From assembly GCA_963812015.1 (NCBI GenBank), contig CAWETI010000003.1:480001-544000 (forward strand): DNA of 64,000 bases, written 5' to 3'. This DNA comes from an uncultured delta proteobacterium (lineage in GTDB: Bacteria > Desulfobacterota > Desulfobaccia > Desulfobaccales > 0-14-0-80-60-11). Position 1 is the first letter of the stretch; every line of letters starts with the position of its first letter. Shown here one piece after another: positions 48,422 to 59,831 of the stretch. A model generated the notes under the pieces. That model saw nothing but the letters and a program-made list of their open reading frames with translations. It did no database searches and had not been told where the DNA came from. The position numbers and the translations under genes are program-made.

Positions 48422-48790
48422 TCATTTGGTATTCGACCCCAATTTTTGAAGGCTGGGCTTGTGGTGGGGGCGTGCTTGCTTTTGGCCACGCTTTCTGGGT
48501 GGAAGAGACAGATTTATCTCCATATTGCCAATTTCTGTTAGTAACTTACCGATATTCTCTTTGAGTTTGTGGCAAAGAACCTCAAGGTGGCCAGGATCTT
48601 CAAGCAAAATCACGCCCCACAAAGGCCCATTGAGGGTTTCGATTTCAACATGGATATATTGGTGTACGATATCTTGGATACTGACTGCTTTCAGCACACA
48701 ATTCTTGCCAATCATAACAGCCCGTTCTGGTGGCCACCACTCGGGGGGCCAGACAGCTTCACCTCTCCAGACCAAATCCCTTATTCGCAT
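48422..48790 (-). CDS. Hypothetical protein
   Basis: 122 aa with aaggagg RBS and downstream terminator. Confidence 0.65.
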   Translation of the reverse strand: MRIRDLVWRGEAVWPPEWWPPERAVMIGKNCVLKAVSIQDIVHQYIHVEIETLNGPLWGVILLEDPGHLEVLCHKLKENIGKLLTEIGNMEINLSLPPRKRGQKQARPHHKPSLQKLGSNTK

Positions 48791-49141
48791 AATGGCCTCC
48801 TTCGTGATTAAAGTTCACAAGAGAAGGGCTAAAATCATTTTCTGACCACGAACTGACCGGCCCCATGCGGGGATATGCACTGGTTGGCAACGAGGGCTTA
48901 GGAGAACCTGGAGCGAACCTCGTGATGAGGTTAAATTAGTCATGCACAAGGAAAAGGTCAACGGGCTGGCCTGGGTTCCTTCGGGGATCTGGGTCAGCCC
49001 CTACTTATAGGAGGTGAAGGGATAGCAACGGCAAAAATGCCTTATACTTGAGAGTAGAGATAAGGAAGCGAAGCCTATAGATAACTTGCCATTATCAACA
49101 CCTCGCGATTAATAACGATATATATGTAATAAGCGAAGCCT

Positions 49142-52100
49142 TTACATCTCCACCGCCCTCCGGCAGGCGGTGAAATAGACTGCCACGCTGATAGCCTCCG
49201 GCGGTTCAATTCCCTTGGCCTTTGCGGCCATCTCCCGGTAGGCCAGGAGTTGGGGCCGGTATGTTTCGGTCTCCCGGTGGATAAACGCGTCCCAATCCTC
49301 CCCGGCGGTGGGGCGGGAGGTCTTAAAATCCACAATCCACCAGTCTTGCCCGTCGAAGGCCAGGAGGTCGATCACGCCCCGGCGGATGAGGCCCGGCTGG
49401 GGTTGATCTTCCAGGAGCCATTCGCTGGCTGCCCAGTCCACCGCGGGCTTCAGGAGGGCGGCCAGGAACGGGTCCGCCTGGCAGGCCCGAAGTTCGGTCA
49501 GAATCTCCGGGGCCAGGGTGGCGGCCGCGGCGGCCGGCAGCCCCGCCTGGCGCAGGGCCGCGCTGAGAGACGCCGTATCCGGCAGGGCCTCGCCTCGGGC
49601 CAGGGTCTCCAAGGCCCGGTGGGTGACCTCCCCCCGGAGGCGGGCCGCGTCGCCATCCTGGGATGGTTCGGCCTCAGCCCGGGGGGCCGTCTCCACCGGC
49701 GGCACAGCCAGACGGGAGGGAAAGCTCACCTGATAGGGGGCCGCTTCCGGGTGAAAATCCCAGGGGGCGGGCAATTCCCGGGGCGGGGCGGTTTCGCCGG
49801 TCAGGGGCTGGACTTCCGTGAGCAGTTCCACGTGCAATTCCGGCTCGGGCCAGGTTACCGAAAATCCCGCCGACGGCAGGTCCTGCCGATAATGCTCTCG
49901 GAGCCAGGCCAGGGGGCTGTGGCCGGAGATCTGCCAGTGGCCCTTTTTATCCAGCTTGGCGAGGCCGGACATGACCAGGCGCTGCCGGGCCCGGGTCACC
50001 GCCACATAGAAGACCCGCCGGGCCTCGTCGATAAGCCGCTGATTTTTCAAGTCCCGCAAGAGCAGGTAGAGGGAACTTTGCTTTTCCTGGATATAGGGCC
50101 GGGCCAGGGCCAGGCCGTGGAGGTCGCGGCCGGGCAGCTCCTCCAGGAGGAAAGGGGGAGTGTTGTCTTCGCTTTTTAAAGGCTGCCAGTCCAGGAAGGG
50201 GAGAAACACCTGATGAAACTCCAGCCCCTTGGCGCCATGCACCGTCAAGATCTCCACCGGGGAGGCCTGGGCCCGGGGGTCCGGGGGCTGAAAGGCCTCG
50301 GCCAGGTTGAAGTCGGCCTTCCCGAAGGTGGCTTCCGGAAGCCCAGCTTCCGCCCCGGACAAAAGATCCAGGTAGACCCGGGCGTTGGCTATCCCCAGGG
50401 GGCCTTCCCAGGCGGCGATCCCGGCCCAGGCAGAGGTTGCCTCGAGCAGATCGGTAAGGATGTCGGCCAGGGGCCGCCGCCCTACCTGGGCCTGGGCGTT
50501 CTCCAAGGCCGAGGCCTGCGCCGACAATTCCCCGGGGCAGTCGGGTTGTCCGGCCAAGCGGCGCAGTTTTTCAAGCCACACCTCTCCCGGGGGCAAGGCC
50601 AGCCGGGCCAGGATGTGGAGGGGCTGGGGGCCCCAGGGGCCCCGAAGGGCCGCGGCCCAGGCCACGTCGTCCTGGGGCCGGGTCAAGGCCCGGGCCAGGT
50701 TGTGCAGGTGGGCCACGGTGGGACTCTCGGCCAGCTTCAGCCCTTCCCGAACCCGGACCGAGAGGCCGGCCTGGTATAAGGCCTGAAGATACCGGGGCAG
50801 ATGCTTGCGGGTGAAGAGCAGGATGCCGATGGTTTCGCGGTCCTTAAGGGTGGCCAGGGCCTGGGCCACCTGCCGGGCCAGCCAGCGGGCCTCGAGTTCC
50901 CGGGGCGGCAGGTCGGTGGTCCCGGTGAACAGCGCCAGATCAGGGGCGGGTCCGGCGGGCGCCCCGGGGCGGGGCTCAGCCCGATGGAAACTGGCCCCGG
51001 CGGCGCCGCAGCGCATGACTGTGCCTTCGAACACCTGGTTGGCCCAGGCAATGAGGGTTTGAGTGGCCCGGAAGTTGGTGGTCAGCTTAAGGGGGGTCAG
51101 GGGCAGAGGTTCGGCGGCGCCGCAGGGCAGCCCGTGCCGGGAGGCCATGAACAGGCGGGGCTTGGCCTGCCGCCAGCCATAGATGGACTGCTTGGGGTCC
51201 CCCACCACCATCAGGGTGCGTCCGTGGCCTTCCTGCCAGCCGGCCATCAGACGGCAGAGGAGGTGCATCTGGTTGACGCTGGTGTCCTGGAATTCGTCCA
51301 CCAGAAGGTGCTTGAGGCGCCAATCCAGGCGGAGCATGATTTCCGAGGGATCGTCCTCTTTGAGAAGATTCAGGGTAGCCGCCTCCAGGTCGACGAAATC
51401 CAGGGCGCCCTGCCGGACGCAGAGTTGATCGTATACGCCCAGGGCTTCCCCCAACAGGATGACCAGGTCCTGGAGCGCCGCAGCTTCTTCGGCAGAGGCG
51501 CCGGCAGGGGTCAGGTCCCGGCACCGCTTCAGAAAACTCACCACCGGCAGAGGCACGTCCTGGATCAGAGGGGCCCATTTTTTCTGATCAAAGCCCTCCG
51601 GGAAACCGTCTTTGGGGGAGAGCCGTTTGCGGGGCTCCCCTTGACTGGCCGTGAGGAGCACGTGAGATATGGATTGCCAGGCAGATAAATCCGCCGGGGC
51701 ACACCCGGGCAGCTCCGGCAAGATGAGGTTGCCATTGGGGGAGCCCTGAAGTGCGGCCCAAAAATCAGCCCAGACCTTTCCTAAGCCGCTGCCTACCAGG
51801 CCGGTGCGCAGGTCTTCCAGGGACGGCAGCAGGACCATCCGGAACCGTTCCTCCAACAGACGCCGGTACGCGGCCGCATCCCGGCTGACCCGAGCCAGAT
51901 CCAGAAAATCTGCCAGGCTATCCCGCCGGCCCAGGAGCCCATGCAACTCTTTGGCCAGGCGCCGCCAATCGTTATTGAGGCGCACCAGGCGCCGTACCAG
52001 GGCCTGGCGCACCGGGTCGCGGGAGGGGCGCGCGTTGAGGCGCTGGCGCAACTCTTCCAGGGCTTCGGCCTTGAGCCAGCGGGCCTGGTCTTCTTCGAGC

Positions 52101-52534
52101 AGCTTGAAGGCCAGGGGCACGCCGGCCTCCTGGGGGGCCAGCTTCAGGAGTTGGGCGCAGAAGCCGTGAAAGGTCATGATGGGGAGGCGTTCCGGGGTCA
52201 GCTTGATCTGGGCCCCATCCGCGTGGCGCCGGAAGACCTCTGCGGCCAGTTCCCGGAGCTTCAGGTCCAGGGGGGAGGCATCGGGGGCCGGGTCTTGGCG
52301 TTCCCAGAGGAGGGCCATGACCCGGGCGCGCAGCTCCCCGGCGGCCTTGCGGGTAAAGGTCAGGGCCAGCATCTCCTCGGGGGTGTCCACCCGGGCCAGG
52401 AGGGTGAGGAACCGGGCCAGGAGCACCGAGGTCTTGCCGGAGCCCGCCGGGGCCTCCAGGTGAAAGCCTTCCCCGGGGTCCAGGGCCTGGTCCCGAATGG
52501 CTTGATCGGCCGGTGGAGTGGGTTCTGTAGTCAT
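49142..52534 (-). CDS. addA: AddA-like UvrD helicase-nuclease
   Basis: APAGSGKT, LVDEFQDTS, VGDPKQSIY, TVHGAKGLEF, YVAVTRAR, IVDFKT; likely start MTTEPTPPAD. Confidence 0.85.
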   Translation of the reverse strand: MTTEPTPPADQAIRDQALDPGEGFHLEAPAGSGKTSVLLARFLTLLARVDTPEEMLALTFTRKAAGELRARVMALLWERQDPAPDASPLDLKLRELAAEVFRRHADGAQIKLTPERLPIMTFHGFCAQLLKLAPQEAGVPLAFKLLEEDQARWLKAEALEELRQRLNARPSRDPVRQALVRRLVRLNNDWRRLAKELHGLLGRRDSLADFLDLARVSRDAAAYRRLLEERFRMVLLPSLEDLRTGLVGSGLGKVWADFWAALQGSPNGNLILPELPGCAPADLSAWQSISHVLLTASQGEPRKRLSPKDGFPEGFDQKKWAPLIQDVPLPVVSFLKRCRDLTPAGASAEEAAALQDLVILLGEALGVYDQLCVRQGALDFVDLEAATLNLLKEDDPSEIMLRLDWRLKHLLVDEFQDTSVNQMHLLCRLMAGWQEGHGRTLMVVGDPKQSIYGWRQAKPRLFMASRHGLPCGAAEPLPLTPLKLTTNFRATQTLIAWANQVFEGTVMRCGAAGASFHRAEPRPGAPAGPAPDLALFTGTTDLPPRELEARWLARQVAQALATLKDRETIGILLFTRKHLPRYLQALYQAGLSVRVREGLKLAESPTVAHLHNLARALTRPQDDVAWAAALRGPWGPQPLHILARLALPPGEVWLEKLRRLAGQPDCPGELSAQASALENAQAQVGRRPLADILTDLLEATSAWAGIAAWEGPLGIANARVYLDLLSGAEAGLPEATFGKADFNLAEAFQPPDPRAQASPVEILTVHGAKGLEFHQVFLPFLDWQPLKSEDNTPPFLLEELPGRDLHGLALARPYIQEKQSSLYLLLRDLKNQRLIDEARRVFYVAVTRARQRLVMSGLAKLDKKGHWQISGHSPLAWLREHYRQDLPSAGFSVTWPEPELHVELLTEVQPLTGETAPPRELPAPWDFHPEAAPYQVSFPSRLAVPPVETAPRAEAEPSQDGDAARLRGEVTHRALETLARGEALPDTASLSAALRQAGLPAAAAATLAPEILTELRACQADPFLAALLKPAVDWAASEWLLEDQPQPGLIRRGVIDLLAFDGQDWWIVDFKTSRPTAGEDWDAFIHRETETYRPQLLAYREMAAKAKGIEPPEAISVAVYFTACRRAVEM

Positions 52535-52568
52535 GGCAATCCCGTAAGGGCGATCCGCTGGGTCGCCC

Positions 52569-55277
52569 CTACATCTCTTCCTCTTCCTCGGCGGGCGCCG
52601 GGGGCGGCATGAAGCCGCAGACCAGTTGGTACGGGCAATATTGACAGGCGCCGCTGTGGGGTTTGTCCGGAGGCGGGGTGGGGTCGGGATGGAAATCCCC
52701 CGCGGCCAGGCGGCGGCCCAGGGCCGTGACCTTCGCCGCGAAGGCCGCCGCGGCCTCACGCCACTTTTCCGGAGGAGCGCCGAAATCTTCGTGTTTCAGG
52801 TGGTAGGACCGGGGCGATTTGAGGCCGATGAACCCGGCCCGCAGGTTGGCCACCGCCTGGGTGATCGGCACCCGGCCCTGCTCCACGGCCAGGAGGTAGC
52901 AGGGCAGCTGGGCCTCGGCCACATCATCCAAGACCTGATTTTTCTTGGGGATTTCGCCGCTTTTATAGTCCCAGACCACCAGGTCGGCCGTCTCCGGGTG
53001 AGAGTCCAGGCGATCAATGCGCCCGGCCAGGGTGAAAGGCCAGTCCCGGCCCTGGAGGTCTTGGAAGGCCACCTCGGCGCCCAGCCAGCGCCAGCCCTGC
53101 GCAAAACGCTCCCGTTCCAGGCTCAGCCACTCCCACAGCAAGCCGGCCTCCCCCAGCCAGCGGTCCCCTTCGGCCTGCCAGTGGAGATCGAAGCTCAAGG
53201 GGGCCAACACCTGGCGGGCGGCGTCCTGGAGCATCGAAAGGGCGCGCGGCTGGTCCCAGACGCCATCCTCCTGGAGAACCTCACGGAAGGCCTCGGTGAA
53301 CCGGGCCAGCAGGGTGTGAAGCAGTCGGCCCCGCTCCCGGGGGTCCAGGCCGGCCTCGATCTCCGGCAGTTCCCTGATCTTCAGCAAAACTTCCAGCAAG
53401 AACCGGCAGGGACACGAGAGGGCGGTGCTTATCTGGCTCAGGGAGATTTGCGCCGGCAAGGGCCAGGGCAGGGGCTGGTCGGGAGAGGGCGGCCAGGCGG
53501 GGCTGGCCGGGGCTTGAAACACCACCCGGATGGCGGGGGAGCGCAGCCAGGCGGGGTTGGGGGCGCTGAGCACCGCCATTTCGGCCTTTCCCCATTCCCC
53601 CGGATACACCGGTGTGCTGACCCGCTCTTCCTGGTCCACCAGCCGGGGCCGGGTCAAGGTGAGGTGAGGGGCGGCGCCCAGCAGATTGGCGAAGAGTTCC
53701 GAGGCAAAGTGGTGCTGGCTCTGATAGGTTCCCCCCAGAACCAGGCGCTTTTCACCGGCGGAGAGCAAGGGGAGGGGCCGGGGCGGGGCCGGCAGGGTCC
53801 CGGAATTCATCCCCAGGCAGAAGACGTGGGAAAAGTCCAAGCCCCGCATCTCCAGGAGCCCCAACACCTGAATCCCGGCGGTCTGAATTCCCGGTCCGGG
53901 CAGGGTAATCCGGTGGGCCCCAATCTTCAGCCATTCCAGGAAGTCGCCGGGGGCCAACTTGTCTTCGCCCAGGGTGGCCTCGATGCCGTGCAGCAACTCG
54001 GTGAGGCGGGTCCAGGACTCCGTTTCCGCCTCAGAGAGCCCCCGGGGAAACCCCAGTTCCCGCCAGGTTTCCTGAAGCCGGCGGCGCCACTGCCCCGCCG
54101 AGGCGGCCGACTGCTTCAGGGAATTCCAGACCCGGTCGAGACGCTCCACCATCCCGGTCTCCGAATCCCCGTCCCGGGATCTCAGCACCGTTTGCCGGAG
54201 ACGGTCCCACCCCTGATCCACCCGACGCTCCCGGAAGACCCGGTCCCAGTGGGCCAACCGGTGGCCCTGGAACGGGACGGCCCCGCCGTAATAAGGGGAC
54301 AGGAGCAGGGAAACCAGGTCTTCCCGGCGCTCTTGGGCGGCGATGAACTGCACGGGGAGGAGTGCGGCCTGGAAGAGCGGAACTTCCGCAAGATTCGGCC
54401 CCTGGGAAAAATTGTAGGCCCAACCATCCGGAGTCTGGGGGGGGCCCAGCAATTCGGCCAGGACCCGCCGCAGTTGGGGGGCGGCAGTTTCGACATCCAT
54501 GGCGGTGACCGCCAGGCGATGGAGCGGCAGGCCATCCCCATGGGCCAGCTCCACCAGTTGGGCCGCCACCCAATCCAGTTCCTGGCCAGGATCGGGCAGG
54601 ACCAGGGCTTGCCGCACGTTTTCCCGGTCGCCTCGCACCTGGAGGTGGACCACCGCGGTATGACGGCTGAGCTCCGTCAGCCAGAGTTCTTCCAGGGGGG
54701 CCGGAGTTTCCAGACCCACGACCAGAACCCGGGGGGGTAAGGTGATCTTGCCGGCCCGGAGGGCGGCCACCAGGTAGGGCGGGAGTTCCCCGGGGCTCAT
54801 CCAGGCCCCCTGCCGCAGCAGGTCGGTATACAGGCGGGTGGCCTGACGGCGCCAGGCCACCAGGGGCGAATCATCCGGTCCTGGGGTCAGCGACAGCAGT
54901 CCATAACGGCAGAGGAGGGTGTGGGTTTCGTCCAGGGCCTGGGCCCAGGCCAGCTCCGGTGTGGGGCCGATGGGGGGCGGCGCGGCTTTGAGGGTTTGAC
55001 GCCACAGGGCCAGGCGCATTAGGGGGGGGGCCAGGGCTGCTTGGGGCCACAGTGCCTGGAAGAGCTCGGACCACCAGGCGTTGAGGGTGAAGAGCGTTAG
55101 AGGCTCCCAGGCGGGGCGGCCGGCGGCGATGGCGGCGGTGCGCTGGCGGTGCCAGACCTGGTGGGCCAGCCGCTGGTGCGGCACCACCGTGAGGGTGCCG
55201 GGGCCGGCCTCTCTCAGGAGATAATCTTGTAAGCACCCACTGGCGGAGAAAAACTTCTGGTCCACTCCGTTGGCCAT
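52569..55277 (-). CDS. addB: AddB-like PD-(D/E)XK nuclease subunit with Fe-S staple
   Basis: SCPCRF, GRIDRLD, WDYKSG, QLPCY, CQYCPY..VC; adjacent to addA. Confidence 0.8.
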   Translation of the reverse strand: MANGVDQKFFSASGCLQDYLLREAGPGTLTVVPHQRLAHQVWHRQRTAAIAAGRPAWEPLTLFTLNAWWSELFQALWPQAALAPPLMRLALWRQTLKAAPPPIGPTPELAWAQALDETHTLLCRYGLLSLTPGPDDSPLVAWRRQATRLYTDLLRQGAWMSPGELPPYLVAALRAGKITLPPRVLVVGLETPAPLEELWLTELSRHTAVVHLQVRGDRENVRQALVLPDPGQELDWVAAQLVELAHGDGLPLHRLAVTAMDVETAAPQLRRVLAELLGPPQTPDGWAYNFSQGPNLAEVPLFQAALLPVQFIAAQERREDLVSLLLSPYYGGAVPFQGHRLAHWDRVFRERRVDQGWDRLRQTVLRSRDGDSETGMVERLDRVWNSLKQSAASAGQWRRRLQETWRELGFPRGLSEAETESWTRLTELLHGIEATLGEDKLAPGDFLEWLKIGAHRITLPGPGIQTAGIQVLGLLEMRGLDFSHVFCLGMNSGTLPAPPRPLPLLSAGEKRLVLGGTYQSQHHFASELFANLLGAAPHLTLTRPRLVDQEERVSTPVYPGEWGKAEMAVLSAPNPAWLRSPAIRVVFQAPASPAWPPSPDQPLPWPLPAQISLSQISTALSCPCRFLLEVLLKIRELPEIEAGLDPRERGRLLHTLLARFTEAFREVLQEDGVWDQPRALSMLQDAARQVLAPLSFDLHWQAEGDRWLGEAGLLWEWLSLERERFAQGWRWLGAEVAFQDLQGRDWPFTLAGRIDRLDSHPETADLVVWDYKSGEIPKKNQVLDDVAEAQLPCYLLAVEQGRVPITQAVANLRAGFIGLKSPRSYHLKHEDFGAPPEKWREAAAAFAAKVTALGRRLAAGDFHPDPTPPPDKPHSGACQYCPYQLVCGFMPPPAPAEEEEEM

Positions 55278-56095
55278 TAATTTCCTATTTGCACCGGGAC
55301 CTGTTTTCCGGCGATCCAGTCTGCAATCACCTGCACTACCTGATCTTCGCGGCCCAAGAACCCGTGATAGCTCAGGGCCTGGCAGGGATCGGACTGCGGC
55401 GGGCTGCCTCCCAGAACTTCGACAAAGTCAACCTTGGAGGCGCAGGAAAGCTTAGTTTTAAGCGCCACTGCATCCGGGAAGGGGCAAATATTGCAGCCGT
55501 CATCGCGGTGATGCACCATTAAGGTGGGGAGGGTAATTCGGTTCAGACGGAATCCGTTCACGTATTGCGTCACGGTGCTGGTGAGAACCAGGCCCTTTAT
55601 CCGGCTATCCTTTAACTCCATTCCCAGATAGGCGACGGATAGGGTCCCCATGCTGGTGCCCACGAGATAAATTGGTTTTAGCCCCTGAGCATCTAAAAAA
55701 TTTATAACTTTGACAATATCCTGCAAGTGTTCCGGAGAATTTCTGAACCCAGCTGACATGCCGTCAGATTGATCCGAGGGTGCGTCCACAATGGCCACTG
55801 CCAGCCCTTGCTTGACAAATTGCGGTGAGGTCCGCACCAGAAAGTTTTCGCCCAAATGAATCTGGCCGCCCCTTTCCTTGAACATATTGGCGCCATTCCC
55901 TCCCGGGAACATGATCAATATGGCTTTCGCAGGTGCGGCAGGAATATTGAGCAGGACCTTAATCGTGACTCCGGTTCGGGTGGGGATGGCTTTGATTTCC
56001 TGGCCGGCGAGGGTGGACGCCGCTGCTAACGACAAAACCAGGGTCCCGGTTAGAAGCAGACAGGCTTTACCGAGAAAAGGGAAAACACCCTTCAT
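55277..56095 (-). CDS. Exported alpha/beta hydrolase
   Basis: Signal peptide, FPGGNG, GTSMG nucleophile elbow; aggagg RBS. Confidence 0.8.
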   Translation of the reverse strand: MKGVFPFLGKACLLLTGTLVLSLAAASTLAGQEIKAIPTRTGVTIKVLLNIPAAPAKAILIMFPGGNGANMFKERGGQIHLGENFLVRTSPQFVKQGLAVAIVDAPSDQSDGMSAGFRNSPEHLQDIVKVINFLDAQGLKPIYLVGTSMGTLSVAYLGMELKDSRIKGLVLTSTVTQYVNGFRLNRITLPTLMVHHRDDGCNICPFPDAVALKTKLSCASKVDFVEVLGGSPPQSDPCQALSYHGFLGREDQVVQVIADWIAGKQVPVQIGN

Positions 56096-56232
56096 TTCCG
56101 CCTCCTGACGAATGTTATTTTGCCGTTTTGAAGGATAGCACAAGCAGGAAAATTGCGGGGGCAAAAATGGGTCCTTCCAGCCTGTTCGGTTGGTACCGAG
56201 TTGTTTTAACCCGGAAAAGTGGGTGAAGTCGC

Positions 56233-58134
56233 TTAGGCCTTTTGATCCTGCGCCTGGGGGTTATTCAAAATCTTCCGCAATTCCTCGCCTTCCAGGACCT
56301 CTTTTTCCAGGAGGATTTTGGCTGCCTGCTCCAGCACGGCCCGCTGCTTTTCCAGGACCTCCCGGGCCCGCCGGTGGGCCCGCTCCACCAGGATCGCCAC
56401 CTCCTGGTCGATTTCCAAAGCCGTGGCTTCGCTGTAATCCTTGGAGCCGGGGGGCAGCATGGTGTCCAGGAACAGGGGACGCCGCTCCCGCTCGAAGGTG
56501 ATGGGCCCCAGGCGTTCGCTCATGCCATATTCCCGCACCATGGAGCGGGCGACGTCCGTGGCCCGGTAGAGGTCGTTCTGGGCCCCGGTGGAAATTTCAT
56601 TGAAGATCAACTCTTCCGCCACCCGGCCGCCCATCATCACGGCCATGCGGTCTTCCAGCTCGGTTTTGGTCATCAGGTAGCGGTCTTCGGTGGGGAGTTG
56701 CATGGTATAGCCCAGGGCGCCGATGCCCCGGGGAATGATGGAGACCCGGTGCACCCGGTCGGTGGTGGGCAGGGCTTCGGCCACCAGGGCGTGGCCGGTC
56801 TCATGATAGGCCACGATCTCTTTTTCCTTGGGGTTCATGACCCGGTTGCGCTTTTCCAACCCGGCCACGACCCGGTCGATGGCCGCCTCAAAGTCATCCA
56901 TCTCCACGGCCTGCTTATTTCTCCGGGCTGCCAGCAAGGCCGCTTCGTTGACGATGTTGGCCAAATCCGACCCCACCATGCCGGGGGTGCGGGCCGCCAG
57001 GGTGTGGAGGTTGGCCTCCGGGGAGACCTTGATTTTCCGGGTGTGGATGGTTAAAATATCTTCCCGGCCCTTGAGGGAAGGCCGATCCACCAGGATATGG
57101 CGGTCGAAGCGCCCGGGGCGGATCAGGGCCGGGTCCAGGATTTCCGGCCGGTTGGTGGCGGCCATGATGATCACCCCTTTGCGGGTGTCGAAGCCGTCCA
57201 TCTCGGACAACAACTGATTCAGGGTATTTTCCCGTTCTTCCGGCCCCCCCATGGGACTGAAGCCCCGGGCCTTGCCGATGGCGTCCAATTCGTCGATGAA
57301 GATGATGCAGGGCGCCTTCTCCTGGGCCGTGGCAAAGAGGTCCCGCACCCGGGCGGCGCCCACCCCCACGAACATTTCCACAAAATCGGAGCCGGACAGG
57401 CTCATAAAGGGCACCCCGGCCTCGCCGGCCACGGCCCGGGCCAGGAGGGTCTTGCCGGTGCCCGGGGGGCCCACCAGCAGGACGCCCTTGGGGAGGTTCC
57501 CCCCCAAAACCTGAAATTTGGCCGGGTTCTTCAAGAATTCGATGATTTCCTTCAGTTCCTCTTCGGCTTCTTCGACGCCGGCCACGTCCTGGAAGGTGAC
57601 CTTGGTTTCATCCTGGACATAGACCTTGGCCCGGCTCTTGCCCACGGTCATGAGGCCGCCGGCGCCGCTGCCGATCTTCCGGAAGAAATAGACCCAGATG
57701 ACGATGAGGAGGAGGAAGGGGAACACCCAGGACACAAGAGAGGTGAGCCAGGTATTTTCCTGGACGGCCCGATACTTGAGGTGCTGCTTCTCCAAAAGCG
57801 TCACCAGGTCCGGGTCCTTCATCCTGACGGTGGAAAACATCGGGGTTTTCTTGTCAAACTGCTTCTCCAGGGTCTGGGGCAGGTCGGGTTTGTTCCGCTC
57901 CTTGGCCAGGTCCTCGATCCCCTTGGGGAGCAGTTTGCCCTTGATGGTATCGGTGTCGACGGCCAGGTCGTCGACGGCCTGGATCTCCACCAGGTGGCGA
58001 AATTCACTGTAACTGATCTCCGCGGCCGGCTGCATGGCGCTGTAGTACTGGAAAATCGACAGCAACAGGACCAGGGCCAGGACATACCAGATGATGGTAG
58101 TGCGGGCCGTGGAGGGAGGTGGGTTTTCGGCCAT
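56233..58134 (-). CDS. ftsH: ATP-dependent zinc metalloprotease FtsH
   Basis: Two TMs, [11 protein letters not shown] motif, HETGH. Confidence 0.95.
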   Translation of the reverse strand: MAENPPPSTARTTIIWYVLALVLLLSIFQYYSAMQPAAEISYSEFRHLVEIQAVDDLAVDTDTIKGKLLPKGIEDLAKERNKPDLPQTLEKQFDKKTPMFSTVRMKDPDLVTLLEKQHLKYRAVQENTWLTSLVSWVFPFLLLIVIWVYFFRKIGSGAGGLMTVGKSRAKVYVQDETKVTFQDVAGVEEAEEELKEIIEFLKNPAKFQVLGGNLPKGVLLVGPPGTGKTLLARAVAGEAGVPFMSLSGSDFVEMFVGVGAARVRDLFATAQEKAPCIIFIDELDAIGKARGFSPMGGPEERENTLNQLLSEMDGFDTRKGVIIMAATNRPEILDPALIRPGRFDRHILVDRPSLKGREDILTIHTRKIKVSPEANLHTLAARTPGMVGSDLANIVNEAALLAARRNKQAVEMDDFEAAIDRVVAGLEKRNRVMNPKEKEIVAYHETGHALVAEALPTTDRVHRVSIIPRGIGALGYTMQLPTEDRYLMTKTELEDRMAVMMGGRVAEELIFNEISTGAQNDLYRATDVARSMVREYGMSERLGPITFERERRPLFLDTMLPPGSKDYSEATALEIDQEVAILVERAHRRAREVLEKQRAVLEQAAKILLEKEVLEGEELRKILNNPQAQDQKA

Positions 58135-58363
58135 GGTTACCTCATCCCTGGATATTACTGGGTATTTCGCTGTTCATAATATAACGATTGAGGGGGGATA
58201 AGCAACCTGATCTTGCCGGGGCCTTGCGGATGGGCGACGCCCTTCCTATTGTATAACAATGGTCATGATCGGTGGGTGGGGCGGAGGGTCGGCCCTTGCC
58301 TGAAAATGATAACCAACCGGCATTAACCCAAATTAATCAATCTTACCTGCTCAGGAGCGACGC

Positions 58364-58597
58364 ATGGAAAACGCATTGAAGAAGCTGGATATCGATAATC
58401 TCCCCCTTCCCGGGCTGGTGGAGGAACTCCGCCGGGCGGCCAAAAACTGTCAGTGCGAGGGGACCCGGGAAACCGTGTTTACCGCCCGGGGGCGGGATAA
58501 CGTGGTGAATTGTCTGGCGTGCGAACCGATCTATGAGGTGCTGGAGCCGCTGGAAAAGGCGTTGGCAATCCTTCACAAGGAGAGGAAATCGGCGTAA
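58364..58597 (+). CDS. Small hypothetical Cys-containing protein
   Basis: aggag RBS; CQC and CLAC. Confidence 0.6.
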   Translation: MENALKKLDIDNLPLPGLVEELRRAAKNCQCEGTRETVFTARGRDNVVNCLACEPIYEVLEPLEKALAILHKERKSA

Positions 58598-58649
58598 GGG
58601 GTCTCTCTCAAGGGAACGAAGGCGTGTCCTTTAGGGAAACTTAGGAAAA

Positions 58650-59678
58650 TTACGAAAATAAGGTGCGGTGGGTCCCTTTCCGGGGCAGCTTGGCGAAATA
58701 TTCCGCCGCCCGGTTGGTGGCCATGCGGCCCCGGGGGGTGCGCTGGAGAAAGCCGCACTGCATCAGGTAGGGCTCGTAGACGTCTTCCAGGGTGTCTTCC
58801 TCTTCGCACAGGGCCGCGGCCAGGGTGCCCAGGCCGACCGGCCCGCCGTCGTATTTTTCCAGGATGGTGAGGAGGATTTGGCGGTCCATGCGGTCGAACC
58901 CGAGCTGGTCGATGTCCAGGAGGGTGAGAGCGGCGTCGGCGCAGTCCCGGTCGATGCGGCCGTCGCCCCGGACCTGGGCGTAATCCCGCACCCGTTTGAG
59001 GAGCCGGTTGGCGATGCGGGGCGTGCCCCGGGAGCGCCGGGAAATCTCCCGGGCCCCGTCGGCATCCATTTCAATACCCAGCACCTGGGCGGCCCGATTG
59101 GTGATTTGGACCAGCTCTTCCACCCGGTAAAAATCCACCCGGAGCATCAAGCCGAAGCGGTCCCGGAGCGCCGGGGTGAGAAGGCCGGCCCGGGTGGTGG
59201 CCCCCACCAGGGTGAAGTTTGGCAGCTCCAACTTCAGGGAGCGGGCCCCCGGCCCCTGGCCGATGATGAGGTCCAGGCGGAAGTCCTCCATGGCGGGGTA
59301 GAGGATTTCCTCCACTACCGTGGGCAGCCGGTGAACTTCGTCAATAAACAGGACATCCAGGGGGGACAGATTGGTGAGCAGGGCCGCCAGGTCCCCGGCC
59401 CGCTCGATCACGGGCCCTGAGGTGGACTTGATACCGCCGCCCATCTCATGGGCAATGATGTAGGCCAGGGTGGTCTTCCCTAAACCCGGGGGGCCGTGGA
59501 CCAGGATGTGGTCCACCGCCTCGCCCCGGGCCCGGGCCGCCTCCAGGGCGATCTCCAGGTTGCGCCGCAGTTCCTCCTGGCCCACGAACTCGGCCAGATT
59601 CCGGGGCCGCAGCCCCGCCTCCAACCCCAGGTCCTCCACCTGGAGCCGGGGATTGACGATGCGCTCTTCCTGGGTCAT
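58650..59678 (-). CDS. ruvB: Holliday junction branch migration ATPase RuvB
   Basis: [29 protein letters not shown]. Confidence 0.97.
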   Translation of the reverse strand: MTQEERIVNPRLQVEDLGLEAGLRPRNLAEFVGQEELRRNLEIALEAARARGEAVDHILVHGPPGLGKTTLAYIIAHEMGGGIKSTSGPVIERAGDLAALLTNLSPLDVLFIDEVHRLPTVVEEILYPAMEDFRLDLIIGQGPGARSLKLELPNFTLVGATTRAGLLTPALRDRFGLMLRVDFYRVEELVQITNRAAQVLGIEMDADGAREISRRSRGTPRIANRLLKRVRDYAQVRGDGRIDRDCADAALTLLDIDQLGFDRMDRQILLTILEKYDGGPVGLGTLAAALCEEEDTLEDVYEPYLMQCGFLQRTPRGRMATNRAAEYFAKLPRKGTHRTLFS

Positions 59679-59831
59679 TTGAGGCTAATTTATCCCAGCA
59701 TACGCAACTTTGCAAGCGGGATGGTTTTTCCCGCATGGAGAAAACCTTGGCCCTGAGGTCTGGGTTTGATAGACTTAGCCGAGATCAGTCACCTAAACCA
59801 TGAGGGTAAATAAGAGTGAAAGGCATACACC

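Larger units (their letters stand above)
41850..49140. other. Lower-GC accessory island (approximate limits)
   Basis: Visibly lower GC and different codon usage from the flanks; five hypothetical or signalling genes; no integrase seen. Confidence 0.6.

Noticed and set aside
52535..52759. N-terminal extension of the AddA ORF
   Set aside because: It overlaps the addB 3' end and a REP; recognisable sequence starts at MTTEP (52534).
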